The translations under genes were made by a program, and so were the position numbers. A DNA stretch of 63,888 bases, counting the filler, from Octopus bimaculoides (Eukaryota), in assembly GCF_001194135.2 (NCBI RefSeq). It is 5 parts of 5 records of this genome, joined end to end, with 100 filler letters (N's around TTAATTAATTAA, not from the genome) between each part and the next. Parts side by side here need not be neighbours in the genome. Positions count along the whole stretch, not along the records: positions 23,259 to 54,430 come from NC_069004.1; 4 more parts are not named here. The stretch is one strand, 5' to 3'. Position 1 is the first letter of the stretch. Each line of letters starts with the position of its first letter. Positions 24,233 through 37,013 of this stretch are shown one piece after another. The notes under the pieces were generated by a model. It did not search any database. It saw nothing but the letters and a program-made list of their open reading frames with translations, and was not told where the DNA came from.

Positions 24233-24446
24233 AAGGTGGCGAACTGGTAAAATAGTTAGCACGCCGGGCGAAATGCCTAACGATATTTCGTCAGTATTTA
24301 CATTCTGAGTTCAAAACCCGCCGATATCAACTTTGTCTTTCATCTGTTCTGGGTCGATAAATTACGTATCAGTTACGAACTCGGTTCGATGCAATCGACT
24401 TTTCTCCTGTCTCAAATTTTAGGCATTGTACCTATAGTAGAATATT
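24233..24446 (+). mobile_element. SINE family A, full length
   Basis: AAGGTGGCGAACTGG...GAGTTCAAAACCC (B-box)...GGGTCGATAAAT...; aligns with 59368-59585; ends in (ATT)n. Confidence 0.88.
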
Positions 24447-24460
24447 ATTATTATTATTAT

Positions 24461-24508
<48 letters not shown>
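24461..24508. repeat. (TAG)16 microsatellite between two tandem family A SINEs
   Basis: Directly visible. Confidence 0.95.
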
Positions 24509-24521
24509 CAGCAGTAGTCGT

Positions 24522-24618
24522 AAGGAGGCGAGCTGATAGAACCGTTAGCATGCAGGTAAAATTGCTCAGCGATATTTCGTCTGCATTTACGTTCTGAGTT
24601 CAAATTCTGTCGGGTTCT
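24522..24618 (+). mobile_element. SINE family A 5' part, cut by gap
   Basis: AAGGAGGCGAGCTGATAGAACCGTTAGC...GAGTTCAAATTC. Confidence 0.85.
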
Positions 24619-25979
24619 NNNNNNNNNNNNNNNNNNNNNNNNNNNNNNNNNNNNNNNNNNNNNNNNNNNNNNNNNNNNNNNNNNNNNNNNNNNNNNNNNN
24701 NNNNNNNNNNNNNNNNNNNNNNNNNNNNNNNNNNNNNNNNNNNNNNNNNNNNNNNNNNNNNNNNNNNNNNNNNNNNNNNNNNNNNNNNNNNNNNNNNNNN
24801 NNNNNNNNNNNNNNNNNNNNNNNNNNNNNNNNNNNNNNNNNNNNNNNNNNNNNNNNNNNNNNNNNNNNNNNNNNNNNNNNNNNNNNNNNNNNNNNNNNNN
24901 NNNNNNNNNNNNNNNNNNNNNNNNNNNNNNNNNNNNNNNNNNNNNNNNNNNNNNNNNNNNNNNNNNNNNNNNNNNNNNNNNNNNNNNNNNNNNNNNNNNN
25001 NNNNNNNNNNNNNNNNNNNNNNNNNNNNNNNNNNNNNNNNNNNNNNNNNNNNNNNNNNNNNNNNNNNNNNNNNNNNTAGGTTTAATAAACGCTAAATCGA
25101 GTAAAGAATGAAAAGCCATGTGTTGCCACTTATGTTCTGTAACTTTCACTCATAGACTCATTTAATTAGTACGAGGATTATAGAAAAACAAGGCACTGGT
25201 AACGAAACGATCCCCTAAACCTTGAATCCATTTCTCCAACATGGCCGCATCACAACGACTCAAGCAATAAAACAGAAAAAGACACTAAAAGAGTATAATA
25301 CTTGAATGAAAATTTATTGCATCTAACTGAGAAGACTTCATTTATGTTAGCATACGGTAAAATAATTTTGTATCAAGATATTTATATTTTCAGACTAGAC
25401 TATTTAATTCTATATTTTTAGTTTATGGAAATATTCTAATTTTCAATATAATATAAAATAAACATAAAATTAATATTAATCCAACAGAATTGCATAAAGT
25501 TTTATACAAAAAATTGTTCTTCATACATACATACATATATGTGTCGTCTGCGTATAGGTAGATTCTTAGGCACATCAGGCATGTATATATGAATGTATGT
25601 AAGCAGTTACTGAATACAATGATTTAGTTACTTAATATTATGATTATTCCTTAAAAAAATAACACACTTCAATATATTACAGTATATTAAATAGAATATT
25701 GGTATTTTAAAACTTACAGCTACTTTATTAAATTCAAAACATTCCGTACAAATATATATACAAAATTTCATCCGTGTGTGCACATCTACATACATAAACA
25801 CACACACAAACATATACTTACATATATATATACATATACGTGTGTGTGTGTGTTTATGTATGTATGCATGTATATGTATTCGATCATGATAAGCCAATTG
25901 TCGGGTTAATCTCGAGTAGACCGTCATTTTTGACATAATGTTTATGCCTATAAAATATGTACGTATGTTGTATGTGTTT

Positions 25980-26036
<57 letters not shown>

Positions 26037-26057
26037 GAGAGAAAGAGAGAGAGAGAG

Positions 26058-26210
26058 TATGTGTTGTTGGGAAGTTGGCTTTGCCACAACGTGGTTTCAC
26101 TTTCAATCCTACTAAGCAGCACTTAGGTGACTTCTGCAATTGCTCTGGGCCAATCACAACCTTGTGAGTAAATTTGATTCGCATACTGTGGAGACGCCCC
26201 TGTTTTGTAT
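26058..26210 (+). mobile_element. Degenerate SINE family B head
   Basis: Weak collinear match to 41353-41500 (e.g. CCTTGTGAGTAAATTTG vs CCTTGTGAGTGGATTTGG). Confidence 0.45.
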
Positions 26211-26269
26211 GTATGTTTGTGTGTCTGCCTGCGTCAGTTAGTGTGTGAGTATGTGTGCGCGTGTGTTCA

Positions 26270-26302
<33 letters not shown>

Positions 26303-26348
26303 CTGCGCCAAGGAGTCTGTGTATGTGTGCCTGCGCACGTGGGCATAA

Positions 26349-26421
26349 GGCGTAGTGGTTAAGAGCGCGGGCTACTAACCCCAAGATTCCGAGTTCGAAT
26401 CCAGAGAGTGACCTGAATAAA

Positions 26422-26472
<51 letters not shown>

Positions 26473-26556
26473 CATAATAATAATAATAATAATAACCCAA
26501 GGCGCACAGAGCTGCGCTCGGTAGTGAAGTGAAAGCACGTTATAAAAATAAAACTA

Positions 26557-26595
<39 letters not shown>

Positions 26596-26632
26596 TATAA
26601 TAACATCGAAAAATACCTTAGGAATGAGAACC
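26349..26632 (+). mobile_element. tRNA-headed SINE family D, 3'-truncated, with an extra internal module
   Basis: Head GGCGTAGTGGTTAAGAGCGCGGGCTACTAACCCCAAG identical to the 14449 copy; B-box GAGTTCGAATCC; stops after GAATGAGAACCC. Confidence 0.85.
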
Positions 26633-28149
26633 CACTCCGTTTTAAGGGTTTTCGTATACCACATTGACGCCAGAATTTGCTTTTGTTTTATCGATCTCTA
26701 TTACATCGCTACACTGCGATTTTCGAAGCAACGCCTCGTAATACTCGTACATACACGATAACATAGATGCACATTATATACAAACACATCGACAAGGACG
26801 GTTTGTTTCTCACGTCAATAAACGCAACCAATTTCTGAAACTCGTTGCAATTATAAAGACGCAAACTGAGCCGTTCTCATCCAGAAATATGTATGGGAAA
26901 TTCGAATTCACCCAAAATGTCTTAAAGCTAAATTGTGTTTTAATTCACATTTTATGAAATTTCAATCTATTTTTGACATCTGACAGCATACCACATTTTC
27001 CTCGTGATTTCTGGTTAAGCACAAATTTGTCTTATTTATTCCTGGTTGATAACATTTATAGTTGAATCTCTATGAAAGCAAACAGTTTTCAGAAACTCAA
27101 CCGTGTCCCGGTAAAATACGTAGTTTCTTAATAAAGATATACGCCAAGAATGTTTTTATTTTCTGTAATTGTTACTGTATATATTATATTAAGTTATATC
27201 GTCCCCAAACCTACTTTAAGAGGAATTCTAATGTATTTCTACTTAAAGATGTATCGCTTGTGTATTTTAAGAGATGTTTATATTAATAGCTCTGAATACA
27301 ACTAAGACTGTATAAGCTGATATACACTGCGGCAATTATTCTTCGTACAAATATAGGAATGTATAGAAATCTCCAATTCTGTGAGGTTTCAAAATAATAC
27401 ACTGGAAAGAAAACAAAAAAATATATAATACGTAGTATAATATAATATAATATAATATAATGTATATGATAGGAAGAACGAAAGAATACAATTATTTTTT
27501 AAAACTTTGATGTATACTATATTTATTTTCATATCGACCAAAGTAACTGTATAAAAGATCTGGTAAAAGAAGACGTAAAAGCAAAGTGCAAACGCCAAAT
27601 TCTATTTTCAGTTAAAGAAATCTAAAAGCAGATAAAATTTTACATTCGCAATGTACAATATAATCTGTGTTGAAAGAAAGAAGTAGGTGAGTGATATTGA
27701 TATTGAGCTGAAAGTAAGGGAAGTTCTAGGTGCTGTTGTAGCGCTGGTGTGTAAATATATAGTGGGAACGAAACTGTGCTAACATGCAATTACAGTGCGT
27801 ATCCTTGTGTTTTTGTATTTGTATGTTTATACCTTGAGGATTACATGTGTGTGTGTATGTGTGTGTGCATGTGTGTGTGTGCGTGTGTGTGTGTAGATAG
27901 ATAGACAGAGAAGTTAAGTGGGTAGATAGATACATAGATAGATAGGTAGATAGGTAGATCGATAGACATACGTAAATATATATTTATGTGGGTGCGTGGA
28001 GAGGAGCGAGGGATACATACACAGACAGACAGACAGATAGTGTGATATAAATAAACATATAAGACTGCTTTACACATCATTCGCAGCCGATTTCGTCACC
28101 AGTCGACAGACAGCACACACACACAAACACACACACATACATGATAGAT

Positions 28150-28324
28150 CGCTGAGCACTACATTCATATTTTTTCTCCTTGTTTCTCTCCTTATTTCTT
28201 TCTGTGTTCCTTTCAGTTGAAGAGCGTAGGCTCGAAACGTCAAAGACGTTCTCTATTCCCGAGCGTTAGACTAATACATCCATTTCTTATTTACACCACC
28301 TGTCTTCGTCTGTTGTTTGTTTTT
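28150..28324 (+). mobile_element. Hammerhead-bearing short non-coding repeat, copy 2
   Basis: CTTT-CAGTTGA-A-GAGC-GTAG-GCTC-GAAA-CG-TC-AAAG at 28210-28245; stems I and II pair perfectly; homologous to 5098 and 54110 copies. Confidence 0.7.
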
Positions 28325-29529
28325 NNNNNNNNNNNNNNNNNNNNNNNNNNNNNNNNNNNNNNNNNNNNNNNNNNNNNNNNNNNNNNNNNNNNNNNNNNNN
28401 NNNNNNNNNNNNNNNNNNNNNNNNNNNNNNNNNNNNNNNNNNNNNNNNNNNNNNNNNNNNNNNNNNNNNNNNNNNNNNNNNNNNNNNNNNNNNNNNNNNN
28501 NNNNNNNNNNNNNNNNNNNNNNNNNNNNNNNNNNNNNNNNNNNNNNNNNNNNNNNNNNNNNNNNNNNNNNNNNNNNNNNNNNNNNNNNNNNNNNNNNNNN
28601 NNNNNNNNNNNNNNNNNNNNNNNNNNNNNNNNNNNNNNNNNNNNNNNNNNNNNNNNNNNNNNNNNNNNNNNNNNNNNNNNNNNNNNNNNNNNNNNNNNNN
28701 NNNNNNNNNNNNNNNNNNNNNNNNNNNNNNNNNNNNNNNNNNNNNNNNNNNNNNNNNNNNNNNNNNNNNNNNNNNNNNNNNNNNNNNNNNNNNNNNNNNN
28801 NNNNNNNNNNNNNNNNNNNNNNNNNNNNNNNNNNNNNNNNNNNNNNNNNNNNNNNNNNNNNNNNNNNNNNNNNNNNNNNNNNNNNNNNNNNNNNNNNNNN
28901 NNNNNNNNNNNNNNNNNNNNNNNNNNNNNNNNNNNNNNNNNNNNNNNNNNNNNNNNNNNNNNNNNNNNNNNNNNNNNNNNNNNNNNNNNNNNNNNNNNNN
29001 NNNNNNNNNNNNNNNNNNNNNNNNNNNNNNNNNNNNNNNNNNNNNNNNNNNNNNNNNNNNNNNNNNNNNNNNNNNNNNNNNNNNNNNNNNNNNNNNNNNN
29101 NNNNNNNNNNNNNNNNNNNNNNNNNNNNNNNNNNNNNNNNNNNNNNNNNNNNNNNNNNNNNNNNNNNNNNNNNNNNNNNNNNNNNNNNNNNNNNNNNNNN
29201 NNNNNNNNNNNNNNNNNNNNNNNNNNNNNNNNNNNNATATATACATATATACATATATATATGCATATATACATATACATACACACACACAGACATACGT
29301 ATATACATATATCCCTACAGACATACAAACGTACATATATTTGAAACAATGGATCTCGAACCACGTGAAGCTGTGAATAATAGTACGTACATATTGCGTT
29401 CAAGAACCCTCTTGGATAGATACAGTCGAAGGCTTCCCACGAAATTGGAGTCCACATATCACGTAAGCATGAGAGGTGTTCTACAATAAGACCAAATCAT
29501 TCCTTCAAAATTCGCTAATTTAGAAAACT

Positions 29530-29904
29530 TTATTCTTGCCTGAGATAGATGTTTCTTGTTGGCGACATCAAAATGTATATTGTTTCGAGAGAAAGCGAAA
29601 GAAATTTATTGTGGAGAAGGATCTCCCAGTGCATAAACCTATAAGTAATAGCATGTAACTGTACAATGAACCTGCTTAGCCTCCTGTACACATATGCAAC
29701 TCGTTCATCCAACCGTTGAGACAGAGTAACCTCTATCATATAACGAGTTGAGGGAGAGTGGGCTTTATAGGCATTGTGCTGGTACTTCATTGATGTATTC
29801 AAGAGAAGCGAAGTGCAAATTTGATCTCGTTTCACTGAGTGCACTGAACCAGAAGATATGCGACAAAACAATTTATACAGCGTTGTAACGGACTTAGTAA
29901 CCAA
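29530..29904 (-). CDS. Unassigned 124-codon open frame in non-repetitive sequence
   Basis: ORF track entry with a TTG start; complex amino-acid composition; acceptor-like ttttgtcgcatatcttctggttcAG near its 5' end; no motif recognised. Confidence 0.17.
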   Translation of the reverse strand: MVTKSVTTLYKLFCRISSGSVHSVKRDQICTSLLLNTSMKYQHNAYKAHSPSTRYMIEVTLSQRLDERVAYVYRRLSRFIVQLHAITYRFMHWEILLHNKFLSLSLETIYILMSPTRNIYLRQE

Positions 29905-29963
29905 CCGTTTTACACACGAACAGAATTGTGTGTGTGTGTGTGCATAAATATATACATATATTC

Positions 29964-30025
<62 letters not shown>
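29964..30025. repeat. (AGAT)n tetranucleotide microsatellite (others at about 30377-30435, 49930-50003, 54325-54377)
   Basis: Directly visible. Confidence 0.95.
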
Positions 30026-30026
<1 letters not shown>

Positions 30027-30269
30027 CCAGTTTATGAACATATCTTATATATATACACACATATGTGTACTTACGTATAGTGCATATTAGTTATATATAC
30101 ATATCATATATGTATATATTACATTATGTATGTATTATACATATATATATGTAAGCAAATATATATTTATATATAAACACACACACACACAAATACATGG
30201 TTAAACATGTGTGTGCGTGCGTATAAGGGTAAACATTTAAATGCATATTAAATCGCCTATTCACTCATA

Positions 30270-30314
<45 letters not shown>

Positions 30315-30376
30315 GCGTGCTCATATGTAAATAAATACGTACATATAGAAAGATACACGGACAGACAGAAAATCAA

Positions 30377-30436
<60 letters not shown>

Positions 30437-30751
30437 GTAGATCAACACAGAGACACATAGACAACCAGATAGGATGACAGCATTTTAAATAAAACGATAT
30501 AAAATAATACAAGAAGATTTTATAGATATCGACCAGCCATTGTGAAACTCCACATTCATTACTAATGTTTAAAATGTATTGTAAATCCCGCTACACTGAT
30601 CTGGCGCCGAGAATAAACAAAGACTATTTGAATATGGAAGCCATTAAATTATATTTGCATTCTTTCGCTCATTAATCAAGCTTAAAATATATATTCTAAT
30701 ATTCTATTGTTATATTTTCGGTTTGAACGGATAGAGGCCTATGTATATATC

Positions 30752-30794
<43 letters not shown>

Positions 30795-30858
30795 CATACA
30801 TAATACACGCATATGTATATATGTGTGTACATGTGTAGATAGATAGCCAGACAGATAA

Positions 30859-30899
<41 letters not shown>

Positions 30900-31861
30900 C
30901 AAAAAACAGTATATATTGATGTATGCATACATGTATACAGAAACACAAACACACAAACACACACATACATATTGTTTAATGAAAGACAGAGAGAGAGAGA
31001 AAAAAAATAAGTGGATGTAAGGGAGAGAAAACGAGAGTTGGACATTTTAATAATATCATAATTAATCAAATTTCCATGCTACAATTCTATTCCAGGTCTA
31101 AATTGACTTTATCAAAATGGCGGTTTAAGTTATTTGCTTTACGTTTTCGTATTGTTTTCCGTCATTTATATCTACGATATTTCCTTTGTAACTATTTTCC
31201 TATCATTTCTAATACGCAATGTTTTTTTTTGTGTTTTTTTTTGTTTTTTTTTGTTTTTTTTTGTGGCGTGGGTTGATTCGAAAGAGGCGGTGGCGTGTAA
31301 TATTTCGATATCTTTATGCATATTCATCATATTAATATTCTATTTTCTGTTTATTATTATAATTCATTTCTTCCTCAGGAACAATGCGTGGGTGTTTCTT
31401 TGTTTTGTGCTGGCTGTGGTGGTGGTCATCGTCATAGCAACAGCGGCAGCGGCGTCGGCTGATAGTGATGGTTATGGTGGTGATGTGTTGCGGATGTGTT
31501 GGTGGAGGTGGTCGTCGCCATCATAGTCGTGATGTTGTCGGTGGAAGTTGACGTTGTCTCATTGCGTTGTAGAACATAAAAAAAAAATAGTTAAGCCTTA
31601 CATCACTTCGGTATTCTTTTTAGATTGTTGTCTTTCGTTGTTCTTTGAGAAACCTACGCGTTATGGTATTAGAAAAGAAAATGGAACTTCTTTAAAATGT
31701 TTTACGTTGAAAACGAGTGAGAAAACACTTTTGTTTTCTTTTTGGAATGACGTTGATATGTGTAGGCACATAGGTGTGTATGTATGTATGTATTTCTATA
31801 TTTGTGATATATGTACATATGTATATATGAATATGTATGTATATGTATGCGTATGTATACG

Positions 31862-32248
31862 TCTTTTATTTGTTTTAGTCATTTGGCTGTGGCCATGCTG
31901 AAGCACCGTCATTTTTAGTCGAGGAAATCGACCCCAGGAGTTATTCTTTGTAAACCTAGTACTTATTTTATCGGTCATTTTTGCTGAGCCGCTAAGTTAC
32001 GGGGACACACCAGTATCGGTCTTCAAACGATGTTGGGGGACAATCATAGACACACAAACATATACATATATATAGATATATACACGAGGAGCTTCTTTCA
32101 GTTTCCGTCTACCAAATCCACTCACAGGGCTTTGGTAGACCCGAGGCTATAGTAATAGACACTTGCCCAAGGTGTCACGCAGTAGGACTGAACCCGGAAC
32201 CATGTGGTCGGTGGGCAAGCTACTTACCAAACAGCCACTCCTGCGCCT
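31862..32248 (-). mobile_element. SINE family B, full length, with internal SSR
   Basis: Reverse complement of head AGGAGTGGCTGTTTGGTAAG...GGTTCAGTCC and tail GGGGTCGATTTCCTCGACTAAAA...CAGCATGGCCACAGCC; aligns with 41353-41722. Confidence 0.92.
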
Positions 32249-32439
32249 GCACACAGACATTCTTGCATACATACATATAAGCATGTGCATCTGTGTGCAG
32301 CATGTATGTGTTTTTGAAATTATATATGCATGTATTTATGAATAAATGTATTACTGCATGTATGATTTGTTTCTTGGAAATACACATCCGTTTTTCTTTG
32401 TTTTTTTTTTATTATCCAAATTGTTCCAGTAATTACTCA

Positions 32440-32612
32440 ACGGTGAGGGACTACCTAGAAGAATTCTAATCTAACGAATCGAACCTCAGTATTCTTTACA
32501 AAGCCATTTATTTTATAGTTATTTTTGCCGAGCAGCTAACTTACAGGGGCGGTAACAACACACCAACACCGGTTGTCAAGCGTTCGTTGGAGACAGAGAC
32601 ACAATGACACAC
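32440..32612 (-). mobile_element. SINE family B 3' half, degenerate
   Basis: ACACCAACACCGGTTGTCAAGCG and TTTTTGCCGAGCAGCTAACTTACAGGGG match family B on the minus strand. Confidence 0.65.
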
Positions 32613-32616
32613 ATAG

Positions 32617-32648
<32 letters not shown>

Positions 32649-32835
32649 NNNNNNNNNNNNNNNNNNNNNNNNNNNNNNNNNNNNNNNNNNNNNNNNNNNN
32701 NNNNNNNNNNNNNNNNNNNNNNNNNNNNNNNNNNNNNNNNNNNNNNNNNNNNNNNNNNNNNNNNNNNNNNNNNNNNNNNNNNNNNNNNNNNNNNNNNNNN
32801 NNNNNNNNNNNNNNNNNNNNNNNNNNNNNNNNNNN

Positions 32836-32888
<53 letters not shown>

Positions 32889-33894
32889 AAGGCGTCTATT
32901 TATGTCTATATGTATACAATAGAACTGGTTTTCCCATTGTGACAATGAAAACCAAAAATAATTAGAAAAGTCGAAGGTAAAACTGTTGATTATTAAATAT
33001 TTATTTCAGGAACGCAGACAGAATTGCAATTAGGTATATTTCTTGAAATAAAACTCTTGGGAGTATTGTTAGAAAATAGTTTTAAATTTGTTTATGTATA
33101 ATAACGATAGACGAATAAAAAGAAGTAGGGGAAAAAGAGTAATATTTGAAAAAAAAGATGTTACAATTAAATGTCAAAGGGTAAAATTGGTGGAATAAAA
33201 CTCTGATGTTCTATTTTGGGATAGAAAGATTTAGAAAGGTTGTCGATTGAAATTCCGAAGGCCGATCACAAAGTGAATCTGATTGATAGAAAATTAGAGG
33301 AATATAAAACATACTTTTTGTTCAAGTGTGAATGAAATTTAGGCTTTATGTGTGATCTAAAGTGTCGCTTTGTTATTTGAAAAGGCGAGATACAGTTTCA
33401 GGTCTCTCTCTCGCATATACCTACGCTCGCATATACACACGCACTCGTACGCACACACACACACACTCACAAACACAAACACACACACACTCACACACAC
33501 ACATGTATACACACGCTCGAACGCACACAGGCACACACACACACACACACACAGACGTGCACACACAGACGAACATGCACACACGCACACGTACACACAC
33601 AGATACCCAGACATACGTACAGACACACGTACGTACGCACGCACGCGCAACACATATACGCACACGCTCGCGCACGCACCCACGAACATACAAACGCATC
33701 CACGCACGCATCCACGCACGCACACAACACACACACACACACGTTTATACGCAAATTCTCATTCGCCTTTGGATCTCGAAAGCAATAGCATTGTTTCGGT
33801 TTCAGTTAGATCGGGGGTGAATGAAGAAATAAAATTAATGTGGAAATATATAGATCTGTGGATAAAAAAAGAGGGGAAAATTCAAAGAAGAGAG

Positions 33895-33947
<53 letters not shown>

Positions 33948-34055
33948 NNNNNNNNNNNNNNNNNNNNNNNNNNNNNNNNNNNNNNNNNNNNNNNNNNNNN
34001 NNNNNNNNNNNNNNNNNNNNNNNNNNNNNNNNNNNNNNNNNNNNNNNNNNNNNNN

Positions 34056-34117
<62 letters not shown>

Positions 34118-34499
34118 CAGAGTGATGGAAAGTGTGAATAGAAGAGAAAATAAACTCACTCTGTCGTGGCTGTTATATGTGACAAAGTCTAATTACTTTA
34201 AATTACCTGGGAAGCAGAAGTGTGAAATCATTGGTGGTACCTAATTAAAGGTAAAACAAATAAACAAAAACAAAGAAGTAAAAAGGTACAATCCAACAAC
34301 TGCACGCCATGACTACCATGCCTAGGTAGCCAGGATGTAAATAACCCCGTGGAGCCTTGGTACGATAGCTAAATCTCCCCGGAGTAACACTCAAGTCACC
34401 CTCAATGGAACACTCACGGATATACTGCATGACACGGAAAATGTGGCCCTGAGTTCTCGGTCGTGTGAGAAAAGACGGGATGGTCACAAGTGGAATACA

Positions 34500-34625
34500 C
34501 GTTATTTCCCGTTGCTCCAGACCACTCGGCTGGCAAAAGTGAGTTGTATCTGTAATTCAAAATGGCTGGACTTTGTCACATTCGGTGTGATGCTGCATCA
34601 TCCTGAGAATCTAAGTTAAGTTGTA
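34500..34625 (+). mobile_element. Degenerate SINE fragment, Y-type centre + tail 1
   Basis: TTGCTCCAGACCACTCGGCTGGCAAAAGTGAG..CTGTAATTCAAAA..TTGTCACA aligns with 55085-55200. Confidence 0.6.
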
Positions 34626-34761
34626 TGCGTGGACGCAAAAAGAGGCAGATTACCTATGTTAGAATTGTTTCTGTGCCTATAATCATAATTATATATATAT
34701 ATACGTGTATGCATAAGTATGTATAAATACATATATACGTACGTATACGTGTGTGTGTATA

Positions 34762-34796
<35 letters not shown>

Positions 34797-34868
34797 NNNN
34801 NNNNNNNNNNNNNNNNNNNNNNNNNNNNNNNNNNNNNNNNNNNNNNNNNNNNNNNNNNNNNNNNTATT

Positions 34869-34951
<83 letters not shown>

Positions 34952-35659
34952 TATTATTTTTTAAATTTTTTTTATTATTATCATTAAATAATAAATCGTA
35001 AGTTATACACCTGGTAGCTTACCGGTAAAGCACGTTCACATTGACAGTGTTTGTGGGCGTATGGTTCATGAGAGAAACGGAAGATGGAATATACGAGAAT
35101 GTTTGTTGCTCACTACCAATGAACTCCCAAGTACATTATTGGTTTATAAGTTAATAACGTGTACCATTTCTTGTGTTAGCAGTGCGATACAATCACTTTT
35201 AATTTTATCGCTACAGATTCAGTACAGAATTTAGAGCCAGCAGTGAAAGTGTATTATAGTTTTTATAAGTCAATCTTTAGAGATAACTTTAAAGTACCAT
35301 TGAACATAATCGTGTTTTTCGAATGGCTTAATAACGTTTTACGCATTTCTTTATTTGACATTTATATGGAGAGTAGACTCCAAAAATTCACGGCTTCATT
35401 ACCAGAATGAAACTCTGACACTGCAACTTCGTAGCAGGTATCAAGTGGCTATGGGAATAATGATACGACTAACAAACTCATGAACGTCGCATCTAAGAAC
35501 AGTATATTGATTAGCTCCAAATATATTTCCGTACCTTGTTTGTTGTGTAGTACATTTAATACACATCTCTTTACGATTGCTTAAAAGTTAAATGCAACAA
35601 AGGAAATTGCCATGTCTGGAGAATTTTTTTATTGAAAATATACGATATTATCATTTCTC

Positions 35660-35745
35660 TTTCATCTTTTAGTTGTTTCAGTTAGTAGACTACGGCCATT
35701 CTGGAGCACAAACTTGAAGAATTTTAGTCAAATGAATCGACACTG
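35660..35745 (-). mobile_element. SINE family B 3' tail fused to the mariner fragment
   Basis: Minus strand GTCGATTCATTTGACTAAAATTCTTCAAG..GCTCCAGAATGGCCGTAGTC..ACTGAAACAACTAAAAGA. Confidence 0.75.
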
Positions 35746-36168
35746 TCTTCGGCGCTTGACATTTTTTATAGAGAACCCATTTCTCGTCACCAGTCATTAT
35801 TCGGTCCAAAAAAGGTTCATTCGTGAGACGTGACACCGAGGAAGAACACACATTCACTCTCTGCGCACGATTAGACTCGAAAAGTTTGCGAGGAACCCAT
35901 TGACCCAAATAGCTGACTTTTCCGATGGCACGCAGGTGTCGATGAATGATTGAATGACCAAATCTATGCTTCTCTGCTGGTTCCTTAACAGTTACGATGG
36001 GATTTTTTTTGTTCCACCAACGTTTGCAGGACGTCCTCGTCAAGCTCTACAGATCTCCCAGGACGAGCCTCGTTTTCTAGGCTGTAGCTTCCGGCTCGGG
36101 ATTTCTGGAACCGCCGTTGACACTGGCTTCCACTTATTGTCCGATCTTCATATACTGCATTAATATTA
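35743..36168 (-). mobile_element. Mariner (Tc1/mariner) transposase fossil, N-terminal half
   Basis: Minus-strand frames give INAVYEDRTIS..CQRRFQK..YSLENEARPGR (HTH region), GQWVPRKL (WVP 35891-35899) and FLDRIMTGDEKWVLY (35777-35794, first Asp of the DD34D triad); frameshifted, no TIRs seen. Confidence 0.93.
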
Positions 36169-36369
36169 CACATACATACATACATACATACATACATACA
36201 TACATACATACATACATACGTATATATATACATATATATATNNNNNNNNNNNNNNNNNNNNNNNNNNNNNNNNNNNNNNNNNNNNNNNNNNNNNNNNNNN
36301 NNNNNNNNNNNNNNNNNNNNNNNNNNNNNNTATATATATATATATATATATATATGTTTGCATCACCAT

Positions 36370-36558
36370 ATTTCTGCTTGTCCCCATCTCCGCTTAACAA
36401 CCGGAGTTTATCTGCGTCCCGTAACTGACTGATGGAATCAGTAGATTTAAAAGCAAACAATTACTGTGGTCATTCTATTTCGACTAAGGTCTTCAAAGCA
36501 GTGTCCCAGAATGGTCGTAGGCTAATGACTGAAAGATGCTAAAGATAAAAAGATAAAA
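36370..36558 (+). mobile_element. SINE family B 3' half, degenerate
   Basis: GCTTAACAACCG..GCGTCCCGTAACT..TTTCGACTAAGGTCTTCAAAGCAGTGTCCCAGAATGGTCGTAG..AAAGATAAAAAGATAAAAG. Confidence 0.6.
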
Positions 36559-36826
36559 GTTACGTCATTACATAGATCTATGTCCACACACGTTCATGTG
36601 CAAATTATAAACGTACGTAATTTGCGTAGGCGTGTCCCGTATGTATGTCATTTGTGGATCCATTTTGTGTGTCTGAAAAGAACTTTCTCTCTTCCTACTT
36701 ACATCTGTATTTATGTACCTCCTGCTTTGTATGTCTCTGTCTTTCTATATATAAAGATATCGATTTATCTATCCACTACCCTATGTGTATATGTGTATAT
36801 GTGTATATGCCTGTGATTGTATGCAG

Positions 36827-36865
<39 letters not shown>

Positions 36866-36975
36866 TATATATGTGTGTATACCTTTATGGATGTACGTAG
36901 GTGTATACGTAACGATATATATAGATATAGAAATACATATATATAATGTATATACATATACATACGTATACATAC

Positions 36976-37013
<38 letters not shown>

